In this document: positions 1 to 7,667 of the stretch, in pieces | Position numbering within the stretch: the stretch's first letter is position 1 | How the letters are laid out: each line of letters begins with the position of its first letter | Origin: a virus | Lineage: Duplodnaviria; Caudoviricetes | Virus record (IMG/VR): IMGVR_UViG_3300032287_004275 | Location: 1 to 56,155 of that record | Length of the DNA stretch: 56,155 nt | Direction: 5' to 3' (one strand) | Program-made: the position numbers and the translations under genes | The notes under the pieces: generated by a model | Told to the model about the DNA's origin: nothing | The model's database searches: none | The model's input: the letters and a program-made list of their open reading frames with translations, nothing else

Positions 1-23
1 AGTATAATTAAAAAATAAAGGTT

Positions 24-149
24 ATGACAAAAGCAGAGATAAAATTGATGAGGTTATTGATTAAACAAGAATTGGCTTGTGGGATTATTATAAATCCAAC
101 CCTATTAAGTGTATTGGAATTTGATGATTGTGTAATTAGATGGAATTAA
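24..149 (+). CDS. small hypothetical early protein (41 aa)
   Basis: Hand-translated MTKAEIKLMRLL...; preceded by right half of the early cassette motif and aaggttATG. Confidence 0.55.
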   Translation: MTKAEIKLMRLLIKQELACGIIINPTLLSVLEFDDCVIRWN

Positions 150-172
150 GGATTAAGTAGAGTAAAGTAGAG

Positions 173-197
173 TTCGTATATTTCAGTATAATTAAAA
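173..197 (+). promoter_or_regulatory. early promoter cassette TTCGTATATT-N5-ATAAWTAAAA
   Basis: Motif recurs at 173, 381, 868, 1171, 3481 (partial at 1 and 1984), each just before an ATG; resembles Bacteroidota -7 element TAnnTTTG. Confidence 0.7.
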
Positions 198-205
198 AGG
201 TAAAT

Positions 206-376
206 ATGAAATTAAGTTTAGAAGAATTAGATTTATTGGTTGACGGTTTAGATTTAGTATTAAGTCAAACCAATAAAGAATTAGATAGTAGAAGAGGTTT
301 TAAGGCTAAATTAGAAAAAATTAAAGTGATAAATAGTTTAGCTGTTAAATTAAGTTTGGAATTGGAGAGTAAATAA
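206..376 (+). CDS. small hypothetical early protein (56 aa)
   Basis: MKLSLEELDLLVDG...; follows promoter motif. Confidence 0.65.
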   Translation: MKLSLEELDLLVDGLDLVLSQTNKELDSRRGFKAKLEKIKVINSLAVKLSLELESK

Positions 377-380
377 GAAA

Positions 381-405
381 TTCGTATATTGTAGTATAAA
401 TAAAA
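381..405 (+). promoter_or_regulatory. early promoter cassette copy
   Basis: TTCGTATATTgtagtATAAATAAAA. Confidence 0.7.
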
Positions 406-513
406 ATGATGAAAATGAGATTAACAGAAACACAAGCTTGGGGAATTGCGATTATATTAGGTGGGATAATGGGAGTGATTTTATGGAATGTATTACTTAA
501 TATTATGATGTAA
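406..513 (+). CDS. small membrane peptide (35 aa)
   Basis: MMKMRLTETQAWGIAIILGGIMGVILWNVLLNIMM, one hydrophobic helix. Confidence 0.55.
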   Translation: MMKMRLTETQAWGIAIILGGIMGVILWNVLLNIMM

Positions 514-514
514 T

Positions 515-622
515 ATGAAAAAGTTAGGGTTTGAAAATATAGGGCAAGTAGGGATTGGTGTTTTGGTAATAGGTGGGATGATTGAATTTGTGATTTATGG
601 ATTGATGGTAAATGTGATTTAA
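515..622 (+). CDS. small membrane peptide (35 aa)
   Basis: MKKLGFENIGQVGIGVLVIGGMIEFVIYGLMVNVI, starts 1 nt after previous stop. Confidence 0.5.
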   Translation: MKKLGFENIGQVGIGVLVIGGMIEFVIYGLMVNVI

Positions 623-630
623 AATAATAT

Positions 631-758
631 AGTCAGGTGGCGGAATGGTAGACGCATGAATAAAGGTTAACATTAAAGATAACGCAGAGTAACCTCGAAA
701 AACCCGGTGCAAGTCCTGCTCATAAGTTATCATGCAGGTTCGAATCCTGCCCTGACTA
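631..758 (+). ncRNA. tRNA-like RNA (Leu-type D arm, intact acceptor and T arms, anticodon/variable region replaced by ~78 nt insert)
   Basis: Acceptor AGTCAGG(631-637)/CCTGACT(751-757); D arm GGCGGAATGGTAGACGC; T arm GCAGG-TTCGAAT-CCTGC (734-750); no canonical anticodon arm. Confidence 0.75.
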
Positions 759-784
759 CAATTAAGATACCGCTTCATAACGGT

Positions 785-840
785 TTTATCTTTTTTAATT
801 ATACAGCCCTGTGAGCCCGGTCACCCGGGCTTTCGGGGTC
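785..840. repeat. GC-rich hairpin repeat, copy 1
   Basis: TGAGCCCGGTCACCCGGGCTTTCGGGGTC (812-840) identical to 1495-1523; upstream tttatctttt..aattatac also shared. Confidence 0.9.
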
Positions 841-867
841 GGGGGGAATATGGGGTGCGAGGGTGGA

Positions 868-892
868 TTCGTATATTAAACCATAATTAAAA
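868..892 (+). promoter_or_regulatory. early promoter cassette copy
   Basis: TTCGTATATTaaaccATAATTAAAA. Confidence 0.7.
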
Positions 893-899
893 GAGCAAT

Positions 900-1169
900 A
901 TGACAAAATCAGAAATATTTAAAGACAAGTTTCCGGGGTTCAAGGGTGAGGTTGATGCCTGTAAGAGTGACCAATGGGGTGATACAAGTGATGTACTTGA
1001 TTTTATTGATGTGCCTAATAACCAAGTTAGATACACCTACTATTTTGTAGAGCAGTGTGGTTGCTGCCATGGTAGGGATGAAGACACTGAGACCCTAGAG
1101 TTTATGTTGGATGATATGTCAGATAATGAGTTTGAGGAGTTATGTAAGGACGTAATTAAGCGGCTTTAA
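900..1169 (+). CDS. acidic hypothetical early protein with CGCCH motif
   Basis: ORF track, promoter upstream. Confidence 0.75.
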   Translation: MTKSEIFKDKFPGFKGEVDACKSDQWGDTSDVLDFIDVPNNQVRYTYYFVEQCGCCHGRDEDTETLEFMLDDMSDNEFEELCKDVIKRL

Positions 1170-1170
1170 G

Positions 1171-1195
1171 TTCGTATATTGTGGTATAAATAAAA
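1171..1195 (+). promoter_or_regulatory. early promoter cassette copy
   Basis: TTCGTATATTgtggtATAAATAAAA. Confidence 0.7.
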
Positions 1196-1204
1196 ACGAG
1201 ACAT

Positions 1205-1462
1205 ATGATTAAAGTTGATTTTACAGTGAGCGATTTAGATGGTAATGTGGTTAAGACATACTCCCTAGACCTAGAGCCAAGCATGGTATTGATTGAGATG
1301 GATAACGCCCGAGAAGTATGGGATGAGTACCATGTGAGAGCCAAAAGTGATAACCCGATTGCTCCATTTGAGGTGTTCAAAGCCAAGACATACAAACAAG
1401 AAATGATGGAGCGCCAACACATGCTTGACATGCACGATGAGTGCTGTGGAGAAGATTGGTGA
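1205..1462 (+). CDS. hypothetical early protein
   Basis: ORF track, promoter upstream. Confidence 0.75.
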   Translation: MIKVDFTVSDLDGNVVKTYSLDLEPSMVLIEMDNAREVWDEYHVRAKSDNPIAPFEVFKAKTYKQEMMERQHMLDMHDECCGEDW

Positions 1463-1472
1463 TACCAAACGA

Positions 1473-1523
1473 TTTATCTTTTAATTATACGCCCTGAGCC
1501 CGGTCACCCGGGCTTTCGGGGTC
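1473..1523. repeat. GC-rich hairpin repeat, copy 2
   Basis: 29-nt identity with 812-840. Confidence 0.9.
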
Positions 1524-1540
1524 TAAAGTATAGACACAAC

Positions 1541-1708
1541 ATGACAACAGACACATTCATCAAGATCAATAGACCCAGAATCCAAAATATAGATGGTAAC
1601 CTAGATACAGCCACAATCACCATATTAACCCCAGATGGCAAGTTGGCGTTTTACTGGTTTGAAAATGGTGTGGTGGTAGGATCTAAGACCAAGGTACAAG
1701 GGTGGTAA
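1541..1708 (+). CDS. small hypothetical protein (55 aa)
   Basis: Hand-translated MTTDTFIKINRPRIQ...VQGW. Confidence 0.55.
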   Translation: MTTDTFIKINRPRIQNIDGNLDTATITILTPDGKLAFYWFENGVVVGSKTKVQGW

Positions 1709-1997
1709 TCCTGGTGCGGTACCGCCGTATATATATGGTATGCGTATGGTCATACATACCCACGCGCGCCGTTGTCAATACGGCGCGGGGTGGTGAGGAC
1801 CGGTGATTAGACACATTTACAAATCGAAAACGATCTTTCCACATCGACATTGTATATCTTTATATATTGAACTTGTTATCCCCCACAACCACACCCAAAA
1901 TCCCAAAATGCCAAAAAGGACAAAACCCCAAAAAAATCAAATCTTTCTTTTTTAAAAGATCTTTGGCATCGACATGGGATATACGTATATTTTAAAC
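1709..1997. other. structured non-coding locus (candidate origin, terminus or pac region)
   Basis: Clustered palindromes, direct repeat GATCTTT..CATCGACAT x2, phased CCAAAA tracts, G-rich to C-rich switch. Confidence 0.45.
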
Positions 1998-2105
1998 ATG
2001 ATAAAAAACATACTTAGGGTACCCGCATATTTCGCTATTGGTTTTATAACTATATTTTTATGTGCTCACCTAATTTTATTTGACATATGTATAATAAAAA
2101 AATAA
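1998..2105 (+). CDS. small hydrophobic peptide (35 aa)
   Basis: MIKNILRVPAYFAIGFITIFLCAHLILFDICIIKK; CGTATATT upstream. Confidence 0.35.
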   Translation: MIKNILRVPAYFAIGFITIFLCAHLILFDICIIKK

Positions 2106-2396
2106 ATGGCTATTTTTACATTTTACAACCCTTCCGGTTCCGCATATTTTACATTTGAAGGAGCTAATAGAAATACCAAGGGATTTTATGATTCTTCTTC
2201 AGTTAAATATGCTTCAGGATCATTTTCTTCATTTACAAGTTCAAATTCAGATTACATAGTTCAATCAGATTACATTTGGTCCCAAGTTATCCCACCAGGA
2301 ACATCAAGCTTTACATTTACACCAAGTATTGAAACCCCAGTAAGTGGTGTTTATTTTAGAGGAACAGGAGAATTTAATGTAACTATAGAAGTATAA
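2106..2396 (+). CDS. Ser/Thr-rich beta-strand virion-type protein
   Basis: MAIF start, SGS/TSS motifs, ATATGTAT late-type motif at 2085. Confidence 0.65.
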   Translation: MAIFTFYNPSGSAYFTFEGANRNTKGFYDSSSVKYASGSFSSFTSSNSDYIVQSDYIWSQVIPPGTSSFTFTPSIETPVSGVYFRGTGEFNVTIEV

Positions 2397-2410
2397 AATA
2401 GTATATACGG

Positions 2411-3235
2411 ATGGCAATTTACACATTAACAGCAGCACAAATTAGAGGAGCAGGAATTTATAATGGATTCATTATACCCTCTGGAGGTGGAAGTCTTGAC
2501 CCGGATGCACAAGCATTTTTAACTGCTACTGCAATTACAGACCCAACAATTTCAAGCGCGATTAATACATTTGTTGTTAGTTGGAAAAATTATGGCTTAT
2601 GGACAAAAAGCTATGCATTGTATCCATTGGTAGGTGGTACAAGTTCAACCCATAAATTTAACCTTAAAGATCCAAGAGATTTAGATGCAGCATATAGATT
2701 AGGGTTTAATGGTGGATGGACACATTCAAGTACTGGGATTTTACCTAATGGGGTTAATGCTTGGGCTAACACTTTTTTAGTTTCACAAGGAACACTTGGT
2801 TTAAATTCAACAAGTTTTGGAGTTTATTCAAGGACAAACAATGGCACGCAAAATGCACCTGCAATTGGAAATGTAACGGGTGCTGCTTCAGGAGAATGTT
2901 CTTTATGGTTAAATTTTGGAAATGTTGCATATTTAAGGGTTAACAGTGCAACTATTTCAAATACATCTAACTTTGATTCAAGAGGTTTATTTATTGCAAA
3001 TAGAGTAAATTCAACACAAGTACAATTACAAATTAGAGGAACACAAACTACATTTGCTAATATAAGTCAAAATACTTATACAAATCCTTTTCAATTAGGT
3101 GGAGTTAATCCAAATAATTTCGATAATAAAGAACTTGCATTCGCCTTTATTATGGATGGGTTAACAAGCCAAAATATGACCGATGCTAATACAGCAATAG
3201 TAGCATTCCAAACCGCATTAAGTAGAAACGTATGA
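2411..3235 (+). CDS. putative fibre/receptor-binding protein (lectin/LamG-like beta domain)
   Basis: DPDAQAFL...YPLVGG...HKFNLKDP module, N/T/S/G-rich beta composition, C-terminal FQTALSRNV. Confidence 0.5.
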   Translation: MAIYTLTAAQIRGAGIYNGFIIPSGGGSLDPDAQAFLTATAITDPTISSAINTFVVSWKNYGLWTKSYALYPLVGGTSSTHKFNLKDPRDLDAAYRLGFNGGWTHSSTGILPNGVNAWANTFLVSQGTLGLNSTSFGVYSRTNNGTQNAPAIGNVTGAASGECSLWLNFGNVAYLRVNSATISNTSNFDSRGLFIANRVNSTQVQLQIRGTQTTFANISQNTYTNPFQLGGVNPNNFDNKELAFAFIMDGLTSQNMTDANTAIVAFQTALSRNV

Positions 3236-3453
3236 TAGAAGTAGGACTTTTAACAGTAACCCAAAAAGATGAATTAGTAGGACAATCTTATGCTCCCGAT
3301 TCTTATTTTAATCCAATTCAAGACCTAAATAATAATTGGGTAATATCAATTGAAGAAATAAACCAATGTGTTAACCCTGATTTTTTATGGGTTAAAAATT
3401 TACCCATAATTGAATACGTTCCGAAACCTCCACCATTTCCTCCAATAATTTAA
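3232..3453 (+). CDS. small protein, probable partner or chaperone of the upstream fibre
   Basis: Coupled start; FNPIQDLNNNWVISIEE. Confidence 0.5.
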   Translation: MIEVGLLTVTQKDELVGQSYAPDSYFNPIQDLNNNWVISIEEINQCVNPDFLWVKNLPIIEYVPKPPPFPPII

Positions 3454-3480
3454 AAAAGAGCTTGGTTAACTAATCTTTTA

Positions 3481-3505
3481 TTCGTATATTTTAGCATAAT
3501 AAAAA
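3481..3505 (+). promoter_or_regulatory. early promoter cassette copy
   Basis: TTCGTATATTttagcATAATAAAAA then aaggttATG. Confidence 0.7.
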
Positions 3506-3515
3506 AATAAAGGTT

Positions 3516-3797
3516 ATGTTTGAAAATTTAGAAAAAATGAGCCAAGAAGACGCTCAAAGAAGATTAAAAGAATTGAATCGTGAAATTCGTAAACACGAAA
3601 TTGCTTTCGTATTATTCATTATTTTAGGAATCACAAATATTGTTTTTACAATTATTGGATTAATTTCTTTTAATGTTATATCCGTATTAATGGTTTTAGG
3701 ATGTGGTTTGGCATGTTATGGGATTGTTAAATATTCTGAACCGTTTGAATTAGAAAAATATTTTATCAAATTAATTTATGGAGAAAATGGAAAATAG
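3516..3797 (+). CDS. two-TM membrane protein
   Basis: Two hydrophobic stretches. Confidence 0.7.
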   Translation: MFENLEKMSQEDAQRRLKELNREIRKHEIAFVLFIILGITNIVFTIIGLISFNVISVLMVLGCGLACYGIVKYSEPFELEKYFIKLIYGENGK

Positions 3798-4029
3798 CAA
3801 ATATCAACCCTCAAGAAAAATTACAACAGCAGACGGAACTATAATGTTTATGTTTGATGGTAAATTGCATAATTGGGAAGGTCCCGCGTTAATACCTCAA
3901 GGAAATAATCGTTTACGTGAGTATTATTTAAATGGAATTAAATATACGGAGGAAGAGTGGAAGGAGCGATTGCGTACAAGAGAAGGTTTACCTTGGTATA
4001 AAGGTTCGGGAGCGCAAGCTAGATTTTAG
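3778..4029 (+). CDS. hypothetical with one GKLHxxxGPA (MORN-like) unit
   Basis: DGKLHNWEGPALI...EYYLNG. Confidence 0.7.
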   Translation: MEKMENSKYQPSRKITTADGTIMFMFDGKLHNWEGPALIPQGNNRLREYYLNGIKYTEEEWKERLRTREGLPWYKGSGAQARF

Positions 4030-4049
4030 AAAATAATAAAATAAAGGTT

Positions 4050-4502
4050 ATGCAACGTATTACACACAAAGAAGCTAAACAATATATTCCTTGTTCTGAA
4101 GATTATTCCAATAATCCACCTTCATATTTTACGGTTCAAGAACAAGAAGATGGTTGGGATGAAATAACGTATTACACGAGTAAAAAACGAGGTCTATATG
4201 TTGGCCGCGAGGGTGATGAATGGGTTTATATCTTATCAAATCCCGCGATACCTGATATGGTTAAAATAGGTTATACAAAAAATGATCCCCACAACAGAGC
4301 AACTCAAATTTCTAGAGGAACAGGTGTTCCAATGGGTTATGAGCTTGAATGGGCTTACAAGTGTTTTAAGGGTGAACGTATAGAACAAGAAGTTCATAAG
4401 TATTTTAAAAGTCAAAGAGTAAACCCACAAAGAGAATTTTTTAAAGTTTCTTTAGAAGAAGCTAAACAGGTTATAGAAAAAATAGGAGAAAAATATGTCT
4501 GA
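4050..4502 (+). CDS. T5orf172/MUG113-type GIY-YIG domain protein
   Basis: WVYILSNPA...VKIGYT...TGVP...E..VH...REFF. Confidence 0.85.
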   Translation: MQRITHKEAKQYIPCSEDYSNNPPSYFTVQEQEDGWDEITYYTSKKRGLYVGREGDEWVYILSNPAIPDMVKIGYTKNDPHNRATQISRGTGVPMGYELEWAYKCFKGERIEQEVHKYFKSQRVNPQREFFKVSLEEAKQVIEKIGEKYV

Positions 4503-4743
4503 TATTTATCAACAAATTGTAGATATGGAACTACAAGAACTAGAGATGAAAATTTCATCAATTCAAAATCAACTAATAATGGATTATGGGATGCTAGATG
4601 AGTTTTGGCAATACCACCCTGCAAATCCTGATTTTATCAATCCCATTAAAGCATATGATGATTTGAAAAAATCAATTGGGAATTTAGAAGCTAAATTAGC
4701 TGATATTGAAAGTAAAATTAATCATTTGAAATCAACGAATTAA
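4495..4743 (+). CDS. hypothetical coiled-coil protein
   Basis: ORF track. Confidence 0.65.
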   Translation: MSDIYQQIVDMELQELEMKISSIQNQLIMDYGMLDEFWQYHPANPDFINPIKAYDDLKKSIGNLEAKLADIESKINHLKSTN

Positions 4744-4784
4744 CGCGTGGATTTTATTTTGAAATTGTATATACATATAAAAGT

Positions 4785-5237
4785 ATGAATATAGGAAACA
4801 TATTTGCATTATTTGGGTCTAATGAAGGAGATAAGGAAGATAAAAAGCTAAAAAAAGATTTAGAAGCTTTTAAAGAAACCCCTCACTTTAAAGTTGGAAT
4901 GTTTATTAAAATGGTTTCTCAAGGTATGAGTTTTAAACATCAACTTTTAAATTTCTTTTCGAATGTGCATCCCAAAATGGATACTTCTGATTTAGGAGAA
5001 GCTGGGGATTTTATGATGTATAATAGAGCTTGGTTTTGGATTTCAGAATGTAATTTAAGGAAAAAAGATTGGAAATTAGCTTTACAGGATAAGGCTTCAG
5101 AAGATTTTATAGATTGTCTTGAAATAGTATTGCGTTATTTTGAAAATATAGAAGAGTATGAAAAGTGTGCTTTTCTTAAAAAAATACAAGATTTTATAAA
5201 AAAGTCATTAGTTAAAAAGGAAAACGTGACTTCCTAA
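4785..5237 (+). CDS. hypothetical with C-terminal UvrB/C (UVR)-like motif
   Basis: YFENIEEYEKCAFLKKI. Confidence 0.6.
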   Translation: MNIGNIFALFGSNEGDKEDKKLKKDLEAFKETPHFKVGMFIKMVSQGMSFKHQLLNFFSNVHPKMDTSDLGEAGDFMMYNRAWFWISECNLRKKDWKLALQDKASEDFIDCLEIVLRYFENIEEYEKCAFLKKIQDFIKKSLVKKENVTS

Positions 5238-5324
5238 AAGAAGGTTATTATCTTTAATTATATTTTAATATTTAACATTATTGAAATAATAAAGGTTGTA
5301 AAGAAAATAAGTAAATAAATAAAA

Positions 5325-5492
5325 ATGAAATATAAAGAATTAGTATTGAGACGTTTGGAGTCTCTAGAAAGTAAATTAAAACGAATGAGAAACGTTTTAA
5401 ATGAAAGAAATGTTGAAGCAGCCCGTCAAATCCTACAAGAGGTATTAGAATTAAGGGATGACACTCAATCTATTGTTGAAAGAGAAGATTAA
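5325..5492 (+). CDS. small helical protein (55 aa)
   Basis: Hand-translated MKYKELVLRRLESLESK...VERED, A-rich leader. Confidence 0.65.
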   Translation: MKYKELVLRRLESLESKLKRMRNVLNERNVEAARQILQEVLELRDDTQSIVERED

Positions 5493-5509
5493 TTAAAAAT
5501 AAATAAGTT

Positions 5510-6304
5510 ATGAATTTGACAGCCGAACAAATCCAAGATAATTGGAATGAATTAATGCGGGTTATTGAAACTAATATTTCATCACCACGTAAAGAAAAAT
5601 TAAAAGCATTTTATGAACAATATGCTGATCGTTTAATGTTAATGCCTGCCGCGCATAAAAAAGAATATCATAATGCTTTCCCTGGAGGATATGTAGAACA
5701 TGTTTTACGCGTTATTCGATGTGCTATTAAACAGGCTAATTTATGGGAAGATGAAGGAGCAGATATGTCTACTTTTACTACTGAAGAATTAATATTTTCA
5801 GCTCTAAACCATGATTTAGGTAAAATGGGATCTGAAGATGAAGATTCATATGTTCCCCAAACTGACCAATGGAGAAAAGATAAGTTAGGAGAGGATTACA
5901 TGTTTAATACTAAAGTACCATTTTCTTCAGTTCCAGATAGAGGATTATTTATGTTGCAATCCCATGGTATTCAGTATACATTTAATGAAATGATTGCTAT
6001 TCAAACACATGATGGTTTATATGATGAAGGTAATAAAAAATATCTTATGTCATTTATGCCGGAACAAAAACCAAGAACATCTTTACCTTTTATATTACAC
6101 CAGGCCGATTTAATGGCAGCACGAATCGAATTTGAACGTGAATGGTTACCTAAATTGAAAGAAGGTAAGAAGTCCGTGGATGCCGGAAAAGGGAATTTTA
6201 CATTGGGGAATAAACCAAACATGTCTAAGAAAACCTCAACAAAAGAGAAAGCATTAGGTTCATTTAAAAGCGAAGGTTTAAAAAATATATTTGATAATTT
6301 ATGA
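5510..6304 (+). CDS. HD-domain phosphohydrolase (YhaM-like)
   Basis: YHNAFPGGYVEH, NHDLGK, THDG, HQAD. Confidence 0.85.
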   Translation: MNLTAEQIQDNWNELMRVIETNISSPRKEKLKAFYEQYADRLMLMPAAHKKEYHNAFPGGYVEHVLRVIRCAIKQANLWEDEGADMSTFTTEELIFSALNHDLGKMGSEDEDSYVPQTDQWRKDKLGEDYMFNTKVPFSSVPDRGLFMLQSHGIQYTFNEMIAIQTHDGLYDEGNKKYLMSFMPEQKPRTSLPFILHQADLMAARIEFEREWLPKLKEGKKSVDAGKGNFTLGNKPNMSKKTSTKEKALGSFKSEGLKNIFDNL

Positions 6305-6588
6305 TAGGATTAATAGTTGCCATTTGTGTCTTATCAGTGTTAGTCGTGATCCTAGGGTTCACGACTTTCAACTTGATGAAAAAACAAGAGAAATCAGAAG
6401 ACATTTTGTCTGGTTATTTGGATTATCTAGATAGATTATCTCGTGTAATTGAAATTTCAGATAAAAAACTTAAAGAAATAGACCGCGGAGGCATGTTTGA
6501 AAAAGATGACGATGTTGGTGTAATATTCCAATCAATTTTAAACATACAAGAAATTCTCAATGAATTCAATCTTAGAAAGTTCAAGTAA
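6301..6588 (+). CDS. N-terminally anchored membrane protein
   Basis: Hydrophobic N-terminus, coiled coil, FEKDDDVG. Confidence 0.7.
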   Translation: MIGLIVAICVLSVLVVILGFTTFNLMKKQEKSEDILSGYLDYLDRLSRVIEISDKKLKEIDRGGMFEKDDDVGVIFQSILNIQEILNEFNLRKFK

Positions 6589-6589
6589 A

Positions 6590-7300
6590 ATGGCTAGAAA
6601 AGCTAAAAATAAAAATTATTTTACCCAAGAAACGGAAGATGCTATTGTATTATACAATAACACTCTTAACCCAGCTCTAAAAAGTAAAATATATGAGGAA
6701 AAAATACATTACGCATTTTTCAAATTAACTCAAAATATAATTCATACATTTAAATTCTACCATACTGAAGTAGAGGATTTAGAGCATTTACAACACGAAA
6801 TAATAGTATTTTTACTTTCTAAGATACATTTATTCAACCCACAAAATGGAGCTAAAGCATATTCATATTTTGGTACTATAGTTAAACGTTGGTGTATTTT
6901 ATATAATGATAAAAATTATAAGAGTAAAATTAAAAAAGTATCTATTATTGAATTAGAACAAGATGACTCATACTCCTATACTTTAGATTCAGTTTCACCC
7001 CAAAAAGATAAATTATCACTATTTATAGATCAATATGTTATTTATGTAACCGAAAACATCTATAATTTTTTCCCTAAAGAATACGATGCAAAAATTGCAG
7101 ATGCTATTCTAGAATTATTTAGAAAAAGAGACCAAATAGATATTTTCAATAAAAAAGCACTTTACATTTATATCCATGAAATGATTCCAGATGTGAAGAC
7201 CCCTAAAATCACTAAAATAGCAAATTCGCTATATGATATATTCAAGAAAAATTATCTATTTTATTTAGATCAAGGGTATATCAAATTTCAATCCTTTTAA
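6590..7300 (+). CDS. late-transcription sigma factor (T4 gp55-like)
   Basis: KNYFT..EDAIV.YN; region-2-like FNPQNGAKAYSYFGTIVKR; start chosen at MARKAK. Confidence 0.7.
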   Translation: MARKAKNKNYFTQETEDAIVLYNNTLNPALKSKIYEEKIHYAFFKLTQNIIHTFKFYHTEVEDLEHLQHEIIVFLLSKIHLFNPQNGAKAYSYFGTIVKRWCILYNDKNYKSKIKKVSIIELEQDDSYSYTLDSVSPQKDKLSLFIDQYVIYVTENIYNFFPKEYDAKIADAILELFRKRDQIDIFNKKALYIYIHEMIPDVKTPKITKIANSLYDIFKKNYLFYLDQGYIKFQSF

Positions 7301-7306
7301 TTTTTC

Positions 7307-7314
7307 ATATTTAT
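7307..7314 (+). promoter_or_regulatory. late promoter ATATTTAT (representative copy)
   Basis: Same octamer shortly upstream of starts at 10579, 13183, 20691, 32716, 37247, 38874, 44033, 50963, 51688, 52195, 52597, 55553. Confidence 0.7.
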
Positions 7315-7328
7315 ACCCAAAAAATACT

Positions 7329-7667
7329 ATGAGTAATTTAGAAGAAAATATTTGGGGTAAGAAAAAATTCTCGGATTTATTAAAAGAAATTTACGAAAAC
7401 TCAAAGAAAAAAGAAACCCAAATTAATGCTTTAATAGGCGAGCTAAAACCTCTTATTACAGATATTGGAGATGCTACTTTAATAGTTCCTTTGATTAAAG
7501 AATATATGGAACTAGGTATCAAAAATGACGAGCAATTAATCAAAATGGCTACAATTGCACAACGTGCTATTGCTAGTGGAAAATCAAGTGAAGAAGGATT
7601 TGGAATGACTGAGGAAGAAAAAGCACAGTTATTAAACGAAGTTAAAAAATTTAATTCTAAAGATTAA
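7329..7667 (+). CDS. helical protein, possible terminase small subunit
   Basis: Size, helical pattern, late promoter; weak. Confidence 0.35.
   Translation: MSNLEENIWGKKKFSDLLKEIYENSKKKETQINALIGELKPLITDIGDATLIVPLIKEYMELGIKNDEQLIKMATIAQRAIASGKSSEEGFGMTEEEKAQLLNEVKKFNSKD

Noticed and set aside
631-758. Functional tRNA-Leu, tmRNA or group I intron-containing tRNA
   Set aside because: No anticodon stem-loop in register; the insert is far too short for a tmRNA or group I intron
173-1523. Repeats in the early region as a CRISPR array
   Set aside because: Spacing is irregular (200-700 nt), the intervals are genes, and there are no cas genes
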